IMG/VR virus record: IMGVR_UViG_3300034082_003579
DNA: 64,000 nt
Source: a virus
Lineage: Duplodnaviria; Heunggongvirae; Uroviricota; Caudoviricetes
Direction: 5' to 3' (one strand)
In this document: one piece after another, positions 1 through 10,189 of the stretch
Layout of the letters: each line of letters starts with the position of its first letter
Numbering within the stretch: the stretch's first letter is position 1
Notes under the pieces: generated by a model
Told to the model about the DNA's origin: nothing
Databases searched by the model: none
What the model saw: the letters and a program-made list of their open reading frames with translations, nothing else
Translations under genes and position numbers: made by a program

Positions 1-12
1 AACAAAGACCCG

Positions 13-1134
13 ATGTGGCAAGGTGGTGGAATGCAATCCCAAGTTAAAGTAGTACTACGAAATCCGTTATCTCGTCGAGATTTAGTTGATTACACAATTG
101 AAGTACAAGATCATCTCTTGGCTAGAGACTGGAAAGTGGCATTAACTAAACTACTAGCATCCGGTAAACTGCTAGAAAAAAACTTTTGTTTTATGGGATT
201 TCCAAACACTGCAAGAACACTGCCTTATCTCTGCAGAGAATTAACCCAGGCCGTCGCTGTTATAAACTCTGAGTTCACAGACTATCAAATTACAGAAACA
301 TACACACCCGATACTGTTGTGGGTTTTGATTATGCTGAAAACGGAATCAATCATAACTTGTTAAACAAGTTACACAATCATTTTGAAGTTTTACAAGGCA
401 CAGTAGAAAATCTCAGTTCATGGTATACATGTGCCAGTTACGAAACCAAGTATGCTATACGACAACTCAATAATATTTGCCATGAAATGGAAAATCTCAT
501 ATTGAGTCAACGCAAAGCTGCCACTGCACCTTTTTGGGTTCGACCCAGTCAGATCACCACCTGGTTGTCTGCAGACCGTTACGACTTATTGCCCCAGCAT
601 CGGCAAGAATTTGTTACCAATGGATATGACCGTGTGCTTGGCGGGGTCTACATGCACTGGACACAGATAGGTAAAACTTTATTTGAAGTATTTAGAGACG
701 AAGGTGCACCAGTGTTGACAGATACTGTATGCAAAGCTATCACGCATCTAAGATATTACTCTGGAGAATTTGATGTAGAATGGGGCAATGACGTTGTGTA
801 TGGTGGACAAAGACCATGGCATGATCAAGAGCAAGATCGATTTCGTGCCTGGCTTGTTGACAACAATAGGGATCCTACTGATCCGAATCTGAGCCTAGGG
901 TACTTGCCCATAGCACAAGTTCTGTTGCAACAGAGTTTTGGAACAACTGATGCCCAAGAGATTTGGAATATCCTGGGTTCGCACTTAGATATATACAGTA
1001 TAGAAGTCAACGGGGTTACTCAGACATTTGATTATTGTTGGACTGACAGCAATTATAAACAACAACAAATCAATCGACTGAAACCCGGATACGACTATTC
1101 GGGCCAACAAGGAGAACACCATGCGCTGGATTAA
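13..1134 (+). CDS. hypothetical protein
   Basis: 373-aa ORF with no recognisable motif; first gene of the + strand block. Confidence 0.45.
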   Translation: MWQGGGMQSQVKVVLRNPLSRRDLVDYTIEVQDHLLARDWKVALTKLLASGKLLEKNFCFMGFPNTARTLPYLCRELTQAVAVINSEFTDYQITETYTPDTVVGFDYAENGINHNLLNKLHNHFEVLQGTVENLSSWYTCASYETKYAIRQLNNICHEMENLILSQRKAATAPFWVRPSQITTWLSADRYDLLPQHRQEFVTNGYDRVLGGVYMHWTQIGKTLFEVFRDEGAPVLTDTVCKAITHLRYYSGEFDVEWGNDVVYGGQRPWHDQEQDRFRAWLVDNNRDPTDPNLSLGYLPIAQVLLQQSFGTTDAQEIWNILGSHLDIYSIEVNGVTQTFDYCWTDSNYKQQQINRLKPGYDYSGQQGEHHALD

Positions 1135-1218
1135 AAGACTGATCGATAAAATCAAATTAGAAATACGTTACAGAAAAAAACTAAAAGAACTTCGTAAAAG
1201 AGATCCGTTTATATACAA

Positions 1219-2709
1219 ATGAAACATATATTGGGCGTCAGTGCCGGCTTCCACGATGCTGCGGTCAGCTTAATTGATGATCGCGGCCGTATTGTGTTTG
1301 CAGGTCACAGTGAACGATACAGCAAACGAAAGAATGACGCAGATATATGCCACGGCCTAGTCGCCGAGATACGCGACTATGACATAGACACTATTGCATG
1401 GTACGAAAGACCCTGGCTAAAACAGTCACGGCAATTGTACAGTGGGCAAGGTGTTGATTGGAACCGAATTACACTTAATCAAAATATTCAATACCAATTG
1501 TCGCCTTGGCTGCATCAACGTCCTGGTCGTGCAGTCAGTTATAATCATCACCTAAGTCATGCTGCTGCTGGATTTCAAACCAGTTCCTACACACGAGCAA
1601 CTGTTGTGGTTATTGACGCAATAGGAGAATGGGATACCATAAGTATTTGGGGAGCAGAATATGATCAAAAGAATCGTGCAGTATATAAAAAGCTGTGGGG
1701 ACAACGATACCCCCACTCAATCGGACTGTTTTATAGTGGAATTACTAGCCGCATTGGCCTACACCCACTAGACGAAGAATACATTACCATGGGCATGGCC
1801 GGCTGGGGTCGTGCTGTCTGGATTGATCGCATGCGGCAGGACTTAGTAGCCGATTCGGACGAAGTAAGATTTACTCAGAATTTGCATGCTGGCATCGATG
1901 ATAAATGGTTAGAATCAGCTGACAACAACGACATTGCCAGCACCGCGCAGGAACTGGCAGAACAATTAATTTACAATGTAATGAAACGTGCTCGTGCATT
2001 TAACTGGAGCAAGAACTTAGTATACATGGGCGGAGTGGCACTCAACTGCTTGGCCAATCGAAACTTGGGAGAATACTTTGATCACATTTGGATTATGCCT
2101 TGTCCCGGTGATGCTGGTAGTAGTCTTGGTGCTGCCGCTTTGGCTTTTGGTGGTCGTATTGACTGGCAGCATCCCTATCTGGGCCATGTTATACCTGGCC
2201 AGTATCCTGTCGATGCCGTTGTTGATCACCTGCTCACTGATCGTATCGTTGGCGTGGCCAGCGGCGCTGCCGAATTTGGACCGCGAGCTCTAGGTAATAG
2301 AAGTTTATTGGCTGATCCACGCGGACCCGATATCAAGGATCGAGTAAATGAAATCAAACGAAGACAAAAATTTAGACCCTTTGCCCCTGTCATCTTGGAA
2401 GAGCATGCTGATCAATACTTTGATCTTCCTCGTGGTTTCGGTAGTAGCCCTTATATGCAATCTGTCGCCCGCTGCTTGGCTCCTGAGTTGTATCCTGCTA
2501 TTGTGCATGTGGATGGCACTAGTAGAGTTCAAACAGTGGCTCCGGACTTGGCGTCAGGGATCAGACAACTGCTAGAAGCCTGGTACGCACGCACTGGTTG
2601 CCCCATGCTACTAAACACCAGTTTAAACATCAGAAGCGAACCCATGGTCAATGATCGAGCAGACGCTGACAGATTTGAAATTTTATACAATGTAAAGGTA
2701 TGTTCATAA
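1219..2709 (+). CDS. carbamoyltransferase (NodU/CmcH family)
   Basis: 496 aa; N-terminal GVSAGFHDAAVSL block and overall Kae1/YgjD-like layout typical of O-/N-carbamoyltransferases. Confidence 0.75.
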   Translation: MKHILGVSAGFHDAAVSLIDDRGRIVFAGHSERYSKRKNDADICHGLVAEIRDYDIDTIAWYERPWLKQSRQLYSGQGVDWNRITLNQNIQYQLSPWLHQRPGRAVSYNHHLSHAAAGFQTSSYTRATVVVIDAIGEWDTISIWGAEYDQKNRAVYKKLWGQRYPHSIGLFYSGITSRIGLHPLDEEYITMGMAGWGRAVWIDRMRQDLVADSDEVRFTQNLHAGIDDKWLESADNNDIASTAQELAEQLIYNVMKRARAFNWSKNLVYMGGVALNCLANRNLGEYFDHIWIMPCPGDAGSSLGAAALAFGGRIDWQHPYLGHVIPGQYPVDAVVDHLLTDRIVGVASGAAEFGPRALGNRSLLADPRGPDIKDRVNEIKRRQKFRPFAPVILEEHADQYFDLPRGFGSSPYMQSVARCLAPELYPAIVHVDGTSRVQTVAPDLASGIRQLLEAWYARTGCPMLLNTSLNIRSEPMVNDRADADRFEILYNVKVCS

Positions 2710-2710
2710 T

Positions 2711-3829
2711 ATGATAGTAGATTATATTCCTGATTTGGATCCAAAAATGCACTACATCAGGTATGCTGATCTAATAGATCAGCATCCGTTGCCTTGCATT
2801 TTACTGGATTTTAATCGTCCACAATTCAATTTTAATATCACTCAGGGGATAGACGCACTGTTGATTGAAAAGTATTCAAAGTTTCAAAAGAATCCTCCGC
2901 TGCTGATTATTCACAGTATCAACGAATCTCCTACGATTGATCGTTTTTCATTCTTACCGGCATTAAAATCATTACATCCTGGGTTGAAAATTCTTCATTT
3001 AACAACAGGTTGGGAATCACCACAGGCTGATTATACCACAATAACTGATTGTAATACATTTTTTTGGCATATCCATAACCAGTGGAAAGACTCATTTTCT
3101 TATCAAGCAACTCATCATTTTGTTGCCTTAGCTAGAATTCCGCGATTCAGTCGCACACGAGTGATTAATTCTATCTTAAACAGAAACTTGCAACATTTGG
3201 GATATTTTAGCATTGGTGCAGCAGCCGAATGTGACAATAGCAATGAATTTTTTTTAAGAAATCATACAGCCTTAGGTATTGACGAGAAAAATCTAAAATA
3301 TTTTCCTTGCTTTGTTGACGGGATTGTTGATCTAAAATCAAAACTTGCTGACAAACAATCTTTTTGTAAGTCATCTACTATAACCAATGACAAAATAAAA
3401 AATGCCTTGGTAAATGTAGTATTAGAGTCTGGATTTGAATATTCATCTGCTGTGCCCGCAGACTGGAGTTGGACCGTACCCATGCTCACTGAAAAAACAG
3501 TAAAAGCATTTGTACTTGGTCAGATTCCAATGATATTGGGACCACGTGGCCAGGTTGAAAAAACAAGACAGCAAGGTTTTGATTTATTTGACGAATTAAT
3601 TGATCATGGCTACGACAACGAACCTGACCCATTGTTACGAATAGAACAATTTGTCAGCAGCCTTGAGAAATTTATCAATCGTGTCCCATCAAATACTTTG
3701 CAAGATCTTAAAGAATCATTGATGCCAAGATTTATGTTCAATCGAGAACTTGCAAAAAAAATGTCGGACTGTGATATAAGTGTTGAGATAACAAAATTTT
3801 TAGACAGTTTGCAGCTTGAAAATTTATGA
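2711..3829 (+). CDS. hypothetical protein
   Basis: 372-aa ORF starting 2 nt after the upstream stop (translational coupling); no motif recognised. Confidence 0.45.
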   Translation: MIVDYIPDLDPKMHYIRYADLIDQHPLPCILLDFNRPQFNFNITQGIDALLIEKYSKFQKNPPLLIIHSINESPTIDRFSFLPALKSLHPGLKILHLTTGWESPQADYTTITDCNTFFWHIHNQWKDSFSYQATHHFVALARIPRFSRTRVINSILNRNLQHLGYFSIGAAAECDNSNEFFLRNHTALGIDEKNLKYFPCFVDGIVDLKSKLADKQSFCKSSTITNDKIKNALVNVVLESGFEYSSAVPADWSWTVPMLTEKTVKAFVLGQIPMILGPRGQVEKTRQQGFDLFDELIDHGYDNEPDPLLRIEQFVSSLEKFINRVPSNTLQDLKESLMPRFMFNRELAKKMSDCDISVEITKFLDSLQLENL

Positions 3830-3961
3830 AAAATATAATTGTTTTAGAGAGAGAGTTTTTGATTATCAGAGTTACAGTGATCTAATTTTGAGTATACCAT
3901 TGTTTTAATCAATAAAATAATTAAACTCATAGTTGACAAGTATGTTTAATAGGAAAGTATA

Positions 3962-5380
3962 ATGGATATCAAAGCAATGAAACAATGGAAGATTGAAAAC
4001 TTAGACAGTAAAAGTCCAAGTTTTTGTGGATCTAAATGGTACAACGCCAGCCTGTGGCTAGGTCAAGGCTGGACTACTAGTTGTCACCATAACCCTCCGC
4101 ATGCAATAGATCTCGAAGCAATCAAAACCAATCCTCGGGCCCTGCACAACACTCCGATTAAAAAACAAGAACGCAAGATGATGCAGGAAGGAAAAAAACC
4201 AAAAAATTGCCAATTTTGTTGGGTTATGGAAGAAGTTGATCCCAATGGCCTTGCCGACAGAACATGGACCTCTTGGGGCGGCCAAATGAGCAAACAACAG
4301 CTGGATAATGCATTTACTCAAAGCTGGGATGTTGACTATGATCTTACCTATTTAGAAATAGTGTTTGACAGAACCTGTAATCTGGCTTGTAGTTATTGTG
4401 CACCTACTATCAGCACTACCTGGGCCAAGGATATTAGAAAAAACGGGCCTTATTTAAATTTGCCAACAGATCATCGCAACCACTACATTGATACAGGCGA
4501 TAGTTTTATCAAATACAACTACGGAGATCAAAATCCTTATGCAGACGCATTTTTTCGTTGGTGGGAAGAAAGTTTGCACAAAACTATAAAACAGATTCGT
4601 ATATCAGGCGGCGAACCAATGATGTCTGGGCATACGTGGAAGTTGCTGTCTTGGCTGGCCGACAATGCCGGCAAAGCTGATTGCAGAATTGAGATGACCA
4701 CAAATCTGGCTTACGATCAAGATACGTTAAAACGTTTTTTAGACATGTGTAGTCGAATTAGTGTGCCTGTATGGGTGTACACCAGCGCAGAAAGCACTGG
4801 ACAAAAAATGGAATATGTAAGAGACGGCATCGATTGGGATCTATGGCATAGCAATCTAGATATGGTTCTCAACAGTGGGGTAGTTGCCAACACTGGAATT
4901 TGCGGTACATTGAGTGCCATCAGTGCCGACGGATTTGTAGATTTTCTTTACTGGTTATTGGAACGTAAAAAAACTGCACCTGCAAATTCCAACGGAACAA
5001 CCAGTCTTATGTTGAGTGTGAATCCTGTGCGATTTCCCAGCTTTCAGAACATAGTTGTATTACCAAACGAAATGAGGCAAAAGTACAGCAAAGATATACA
5101 GGAATTTTTAAACATAGACAATTTAAATAAATGGTTTTTGCCTATCGAAATTGATCACATTGATCGCTTTGCCAAGTATTTGAGTACTGTAGAAATTCCG
5201 CACCAAGAAAAACAAATACAACACGGATCTGCTGTATATGATCAAAAAGATCCAGCTCAAGATACAAAATTACTGGAAAAAGATTTTCGTAGTTTTTTTG
5301 ATCAATATGATCAACGTAGAGGTAAAAACTTTATAAATACTTTTCCTAATCTTGCAGAATGGTATCAATCAATAAAATGA
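3962..5380 (+). CDS. radical SAM domain protein
   Basis: CNLACSYC = CxxxCxxC cluster-binding motif; paralogous to the 45918..47033 ORF (CNLACRSC). Confidence 0.65.
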   Translation: MDIKAMKQWKIENLDSKSPSFCGSKWYNASLWLGQGWTTSCHHNPPHAIDLEAIKTNPRALHNTPIKKQERKMMQEGKKPKNCQFCWVMEEVDPNGLADRTWTSWGGQMSKQQLDNAFTQSWDVDYDLTYLEIVFDRTCNLACSYCAPTISTTWAKDIRKNGPYLNLPTDHRNHYIDTGDSFIKYNYGDQNPYADAFFRWWEESLHKTIKQIRISGGEPMMSGHTWKLLSWLADNAGKADCRIEMTTNLAYDQDTLKRFLDMCSRISVPVWVYTSAESTGQKMEYVRDGIDWDLWHSNLDMVLNSGVVANTGICGTLSAISADGFVDFLYWLLERKKTAPANSNGTTSLMLSVNPVRFPSFQNIVVLPNEMRQKYSKDIQEFLNIDNLNKWFLPIEIDHIDRFAKYLSTVEIPHQEKQIQHGSAVYDQKDPAQDTKLLEKDFRSFFDQYDQRRGKNFINTFPNLAEWYQSIK

Positions 5381-6153
5381 AAAAAAACATTGTTTTCGTT
5401 GGCGACAGCTATTGCAGTTCATTTAGAGGCCCAAGTCCGAACCGGCATGAGTCGAATCAACAACAACATGGTCACCCAACCTGGCTCAATGTTGCAGCAA
5501 AAGAATTGAATCTTAATCTTTACAGTTTTGGATATGCTGGGCGTAGCTGGTGGTTTAGTCGAGATCGGTTGTTTCGGCATATTCAAAAAAATCCGGACTT
5601 TGTTGAACGAATTGAAGTTATGGTATTTGTACATACTGATTACTGGAGATTTAACTCCTGCAAGTCTGAAATTGGAATGAATTTAATTTACAGCGATCCA
5701 AAACTTTTTGACTTCGAAACTCAACAACTTTCCTCTGCATTAAAAGATTGGATAAATTATCTAAGAGACGACTCCTTTCAGATTTGGGCACAAATGCAAT
5801 GGTTTGAAGAAATTAATCGTAAATTTAAATGCAGCGACTTTAAAAAAATACACTTGTTCACCCTTCCATTCAATATTGAAATCGCAGCAGGACTCGACGG
5901 AATGATAGTTGCTACACCGTTGATTCATATTTCTCTCGGAGAAGTTACCGGTACTGATTCAGAAGTGGCCGACATAACTAACGATATGAGAGCAAATCAC
6001 ATGAGTCCACACAATAACGTGGTGCTAGGGAAATACATAGTTAATGAAGTGCAAAATTACAAGCCTGGTACTATAAAACTAGACCTGTCAGATTTTGAAC
6101 GTGTAAACTTTAATGCTAGTCGTTGGCCTGAGCCGGGGTTTGGCACTAAGTAA
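5359..6153 (+). CDS. SGNH/GDSL-like hydrolase
   Basis: N-terminal IVFVGDSY block (GDS(x) motif); start overlaps the upstream gene. Confidence 0.45.
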   Translation: MVSINKMKKNIVFVGDSYCSSFRGPSPNRHESNQQQHGHPTWLNVAAKELNLNLYSFGYAGRSWWFSRDRLFRHIQKNPDFVERIEVMVFVHTDYWRFNSCKSEIGMNLIYSDPKLFDFETQQLSSALKDWINYLRDDSFQIWAQMQWFEEINRKFKCSDFKKIHLFTLPFNIEIAAGLDGMIVATPLIHISLGEVTGTDSEVADITNDMRANHMSPHNNVVLGKYIVNEVQNYKPGTIKLDLSDFERVNFNASRWPEPGFGTK

Positions 6154-6236
6154 ACTTCATCGGTGATCAGTCATTACTGCGTTGCATTTACTAGAAATTT
6201 TGAGGTGCAAGTGCAAGATTTCTTTGAAATTATAAA

Positions 6237-6977
6237 TCATTTTTTTGATAATAAATTATTGTCAATTATATAATTAAAGATATAATTTGCCCAGGCTTCC
6301 TGAGCATCTGGTTCATAGTGATACCAGCCTGGTGTAATCTCTTTGAATCCATTGTCGTGACACCAGTGTATGTAGGTTTGTGTACTGTTATACGGATGAA
6401 AATATTGTTTATTCCAATCTAGTTGATATTGTGTTTCGTTTATTCTAAAATCATGGAAGGCGTGAAAAAACAAATGCGGTATATTATGAAATTCAAAGTA
6501 CTTGTGTACATTATAAATTCGTTCATGCCAGTAATGAGACATTCCTGTTCGATAGTCGTTGTTTCTTGAGGTGCGTTCCCAATTCTCTTTGCGTAATTTA
6601 TATTCCTCTGGCGGCTGCCTCCCTACACCCAAATTATTGATTTCCCAGAATTCTGGGTAACCCTGGTCAGTAAGAAACCATTGTACTCGACAAAATTCAC
6701 TCCAGCCGATTATTACTAAATCAACATCTCGATTTTGCCTGATATACTCCATTGTAGTATCATAGATTCTGTCATTGCTACTACCACAAAGAGAAAGATT
6801 TGTTGTTCCAGTTGCTCCTAATAATTTTTCCAGGTGACTGGCTATACCTAGTGAATAATCGGTTAGCTCTTCTCCGCTCATATTGCTATCGCCGTTGAAT
6901 AATATTTTCATAGATAAGTTTCCAATCCACCACGCCGGCGGATATCTTGTGTACAGCAACTGATGCCACCGTCCCAA
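6237..6977 (-). CDS. SGNH/GDSL-like hydrolase
   Basis: KILFNGDSNMSG block near the N-terminus. Confidence 0.4.
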   Translation of the reverse strand: MGRWHQLLYTRYPPAWWIGNLSMKILFNGDSNMSGEELTDYSLGIASHLEKLLGATGTTNLSLCGSSNDRIYDTTMEYIRQNRDVDLVIIGWSEFCRVQWFLTDQGYPEFWEINNLGVGRQPPEEYKLRKENWERTSRNNDYRTGMSHYWHERIYNVHKYFEFHNIPHLFFHAFHDFRINETQYQLDWNKQYFHPYNSTQTYIHWCHDNGFKEITPGWYHYEPDAQEAWANYIFNYIIDNNLLSKK

Positions 6978-7927
6978 AAATAACTATGACGCAGTTCGCT
7001 AATGATAGGTTCGATCTTATGCTTGCGGCAAAAATCAAACACTTCTTTGTTGTAAGCACTAAAGATTACATGATTCTCGTCGAGAACCAGGCAGTTGACA
7101 TCAAAAACTGTTTCAGCTACAAATCCTGTCCATTTGCTAAGATATGTATTGACAAAGTCTGTAAATTCAGCAGTGGGAGTTTGTCCCTGCACATACCATG
7201 CTCCAGGACTTTGTTCATATTTAAATTTGCCTACTTCCATTGCTGCCCATATACTGCTATCCCAAATCTTACACACATCCCATCCTGGAAAATCTTCTGC
7301 TAAGTTCAAATTAAAATCATGCTTGCTAGAAAGAATAACGCCCGGCTTGAGAATTGCAAATACAGCATCACCGTGTCCGTCAGTAACAGCTTCGTGAATA
7401 CGATATTCGGGTGTCAGTACATTGTCCACAATCCATTGAGTTTGATCTGGTCTTAAGAAATCACTGTTGTCAAAGAAGACATCTTGTCCAACTCGTACAA
7501 TACAGCTGGCACTGGCTCCGTTGAGTATACAATCCGCGTCCCATGCACCTTTATGTGGATTGATTACTTGTCCTGGATATCGAGCACATATATTATCTAA
7601 CTCTGGCATGGCCAACACACGCAATAACTTGTTACCTAATGTGATTTGCCAATCTCTTGGAGTTAGTGGTGGCAACGGTGCTCCGCCACCTTCAGTTTGA
7701 AACCAAACAAATTGATCCTTGGATGGTAGATCCGGGCGCACTACTATTGAACCGTATTGTTCAATAGTTTTTTGTAAGTTATTGAGGTCTTCTTCGGTCT
7801 CTGACAGAATCTGCTGCAGTTGATTACGAACTTGTGCATTGTCAATGAAATCAAAGTAATCGGGACTGTAAGCACGACCCACAATGACTTCTTCAAGTGG
7901 TTGCCAGCTGGTGTAAGAATTAATCAT
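6908..7927 (-). CDS. amidinotransferase-family enzyme (AGAT/StrB-like)
   Basis: 339 aa; C-terminal GGISCCTQDIRRRG resembles the catalytic-Cys region of glycine/inosamine amidinotransferases. Confidence 0.6.
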   Translation of the reverse strand: MINSYTSWQPLEEVIVGRAYSPDYFDFIDNAQVRNQLQQILSETEEDLNNLQKTIEQYGSIVVRPDLPSKDQFVWFQTEGGGAPLPPLTPRDWQITLGNKLLRVLAMPELDNICARYPGQVINPHKGAWDADCILNGASASCIVRVGQDVFFDNSDFLRPDQTQWIVDNVLTPEYRIHEAVTDGHGDAVFAILKPGVILSSKHDFNLNLAEDFPGWDVCKIWDSSIWAAMEVGKFKYEQSPGAWYVQGQTPTAEFTDFVNTYLSKWTGFVAETVFDVNCLVLDENHVIFSAYNKEVFDFCRKHKIEPIISELRHSYFWDGGISCCTQDIRRRGGLETYL

Positions 7928-9114
7928 ATGTGTCGGAGTCTTTTAAGTAAGTTATTTAAGCGTTCATATTTACTAGCTAAAAATAATTGTTGATTATGTT
8001 CGATATCGCTGCGACAAGATTCAAACCAATTGTGCATGTCTTGCTGCTGAATCTGTAGGATTGTGTTACGACATTGTATCCATCTTTGAGTATTGTTTAT
8101 AACAGTGTCGTATGAGTTATCAATGGCATGATCAAATGTGCGATATCCTAAATTTCTCAACACAGCAAGACTACCGGGGCAACCTACAATTACAAATGGA
8201 TGCCCATGTTTTATTGCTCGGAATGTTTTTTCGGTCAAAAAGGCACCATTGGATCCATCAGCATCAAAATGTGTTTCCAATATTATACTGCAGTAGGAGT
8301 TGAGATAATGATCAGCTTGGATCATATGATGATCGTTATGTTGATCTGATGTCAATTTATCACAGCGATATGGTGTACCTGCCAAAAATTGAATTATATC
8401 TTTTCGAACATTTAAAGTATCAATCTCTATAGGGTTATTATCAATTGATTCTACCACAGAATGTTCTGTGCTGTAGCTCCAGTAAGATTTTTTCAATAGG
8501 TTGTTGCGCAGTAAATCAGTCATTACAGTAGCCCGCCACCATTTGTGTGTTCTGGACAGTACTGTAAAATTATAATCTCTTGATTCACAGTGAATAGGCA
8601 ACGACAACACGTCTTGATTTCGCTGCCAGTATAACAGTTCGTGGTCTGGAAAATAAACGAACCCAGGCACAGAATCAGCTGCTGAATTCCCACTGATTAC
8701 ACAGTAACAATTGTAAGGAATATTGTGTTGCGTACACAATGTATCTAATCGTTGTTTAATATGGTGAGGATTATCGCCTTCGTGATAGTAAAATAACACC
8801 TGCAGAGTTTGCTGACGCAATGCACCTAATACTGATAACGGCATCAAAGAAAAATAATCAACAGCAAAGTCAAAAAATCCTAACCCTACAGTGTAATAAG
8901 ATCCTGGTGGCCACCCAGAATCAACTTTGTGTAGTTGCATGGGATATTGATGCTGTTGGCAGTGTTCGTGCAGTTCTACCGGAACAGTATTTGGCCAATG
9001 CTGTACAAATTCTCGCCACCCGGGTGTGTATGGAGTTGCTTGATGCCGAGCAAGAGCTGGATAAGCCTTGTCTCTTATAATTCGATCAGCTACAAAATTA
9101 AACACGCAGTCCAT
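7924..9114 (-). CDS. hypothetical protein (possible glycosyltransferase-like)
   Basis: 396-aa ORF, translationally coupled to its neighbours; no firm motif. Confidence 0.45.
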   Translation of the reverse strand: MDCVFNFVADRIIRDKAYPALARHQATPYTPGWREFVQHWPNTVPVELHEHCQQHQYPMQLHKVDSGWPPGSYYTVGLGFFDFAVDYFSLMPLSVLGALRQQTLQVLFYYHEGDNPHHIKQRLDTLCTQHNIPYNCYCVISGNSAADSVPGFVYFPDHELLYWQRNQDVLSLPIHCESRDYNFTVLSRTHKWWRATVMTDLLRNNLLKKSYWSYSTEHSVVESIDNNPIEIDTLNVRKDIIQFLAGTPYRCDKLTSDQHNDHHMIQADHYLNSYCSIILETHFDADGSNGAFLTEKTFRAIKHGHPFVIVGCPGSLAVLRNLGYRTFDHAIDNSYDTVINNTQRWIQCRNTILQIQQQDMHNWFESCRSDIEHNQQLFLASKYERLNNLLKRLRHI

Positions 9115-10189
9115 GTAGCATTCCGGTTAATTCTTTCCATAGCACGTCTGTTAACCCACCGTTGTAAAAGTGAGCATAGTTATGCTCTACTGCAGACAAA
9201 CAGGCACGATGTATCTGTTGACGTTCTGTAACGGATAGAGTATCAAAATTCTTGAGTAAACTTACAACACGCTCGACTCTGCGTATGTCGTCAGTTTCTA
9301 AATCATAGCTTTCGTCAAACACATCTGCAAAAGTACGGAAGCCGTAGCTGCGCATGTATTCTAAGCTGCCGGCTGGTGCCATCAATACAAACGGCATTTC
9401 CAGTGCAATGGCTTTAAATGTCTTTTCGGTAATGTGCAATCTTTTTCCAAAATAAACAGTCTCAGTCGGTACATATACTAAACTGTCAGCAGCTTCGTCA
9501 AAGTTAGTAAGCCAACACGACGTCATTTGTTGTGTTGCTTCACCCGGAAACAACTTAGGTAACTCTGCTGAATCAAACACTTGCGTTATGTCTGGATACG
9601 TGTTATTATACTTGTTAGCAATCACACTTATGTCCACATTTTCGTAACTACAGGTTCTCGGAGCCGAAATCCAATTATGATCCAACTTATTCTTAAACAC
9701 ATTGTACAAAAACAAAACTCTATGATCTCGTTTGCCAGCAACTATTCTGTTTGGGCTCATAAAAGCACGGCTGGGCGCACGGTCTCGAGCACGTGGTATT
9801 AGGAAGGTTTTGTCGTATCCGCGAAACCAATCTTGACAGGCCCAACCGTGATAAAAATAGTAGTGCGCCTTCCAGCCATACTGATCGCATAACTTTTTAA
9901 CATGTTCTCCTTGTTCACTGACTATTACATGTCCTTGTGGTTTAGTCCAAATATCCTTATTGCGCTGAATCACATCATCAAACAAGGATTTGTGCAGATC
10001 TAAATGAACTGGCTCTTGATCATGAAAAAATACATAGTCATTTTCTACAACATCATCTCTGCCCAAGTTAAATAGACTATCGGGGTCACTGCGCCCAGGT
10101 GGATCACAAAAGAACATTCTTGTTCCTATCTTATTTCGGTCAATCCAGGGCCAAAAGGTATTATTATAAATCTCGTCGATTCTAATCAT
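9098..10189 (-). CDS. hypothetical protein
   Basis: 363-aa ORF overlapping the downstream gene by 17 nt. Confidence 0.45.
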   Translation of the reverse strand: MIRIDEIYNNTFWPWIDRNKIGTRMFFCDPPGRSDPDSLFNLGRDDVVENDYVFFHDQEPVHLDLHKSLFDDVIQRNKDIWTKPQGHVIVSEQGEHVKKLCDQYGWKAHYYFYHGWACQDWFRGYDKTFLIPRARDRAPSRAFMSPNRIVAGKRDHRVLFLYNVFKNKLDHNWISAPRTCSYENVDISVIANKYNNTYPDITQVFDSAELPKLFPGEATQQMTSCWLTNFDEAADSLVYVPTETVYFGKRLHITEKTFKAIALEMPFVLMAPAGSLEYMRSYGFRTFADVFDESYDLETDDIRRVERVVSLLKNFDTLSVTERQQIHRACLSAVEHNYAHFYNGGLTDVLWKELTGMLHGLRV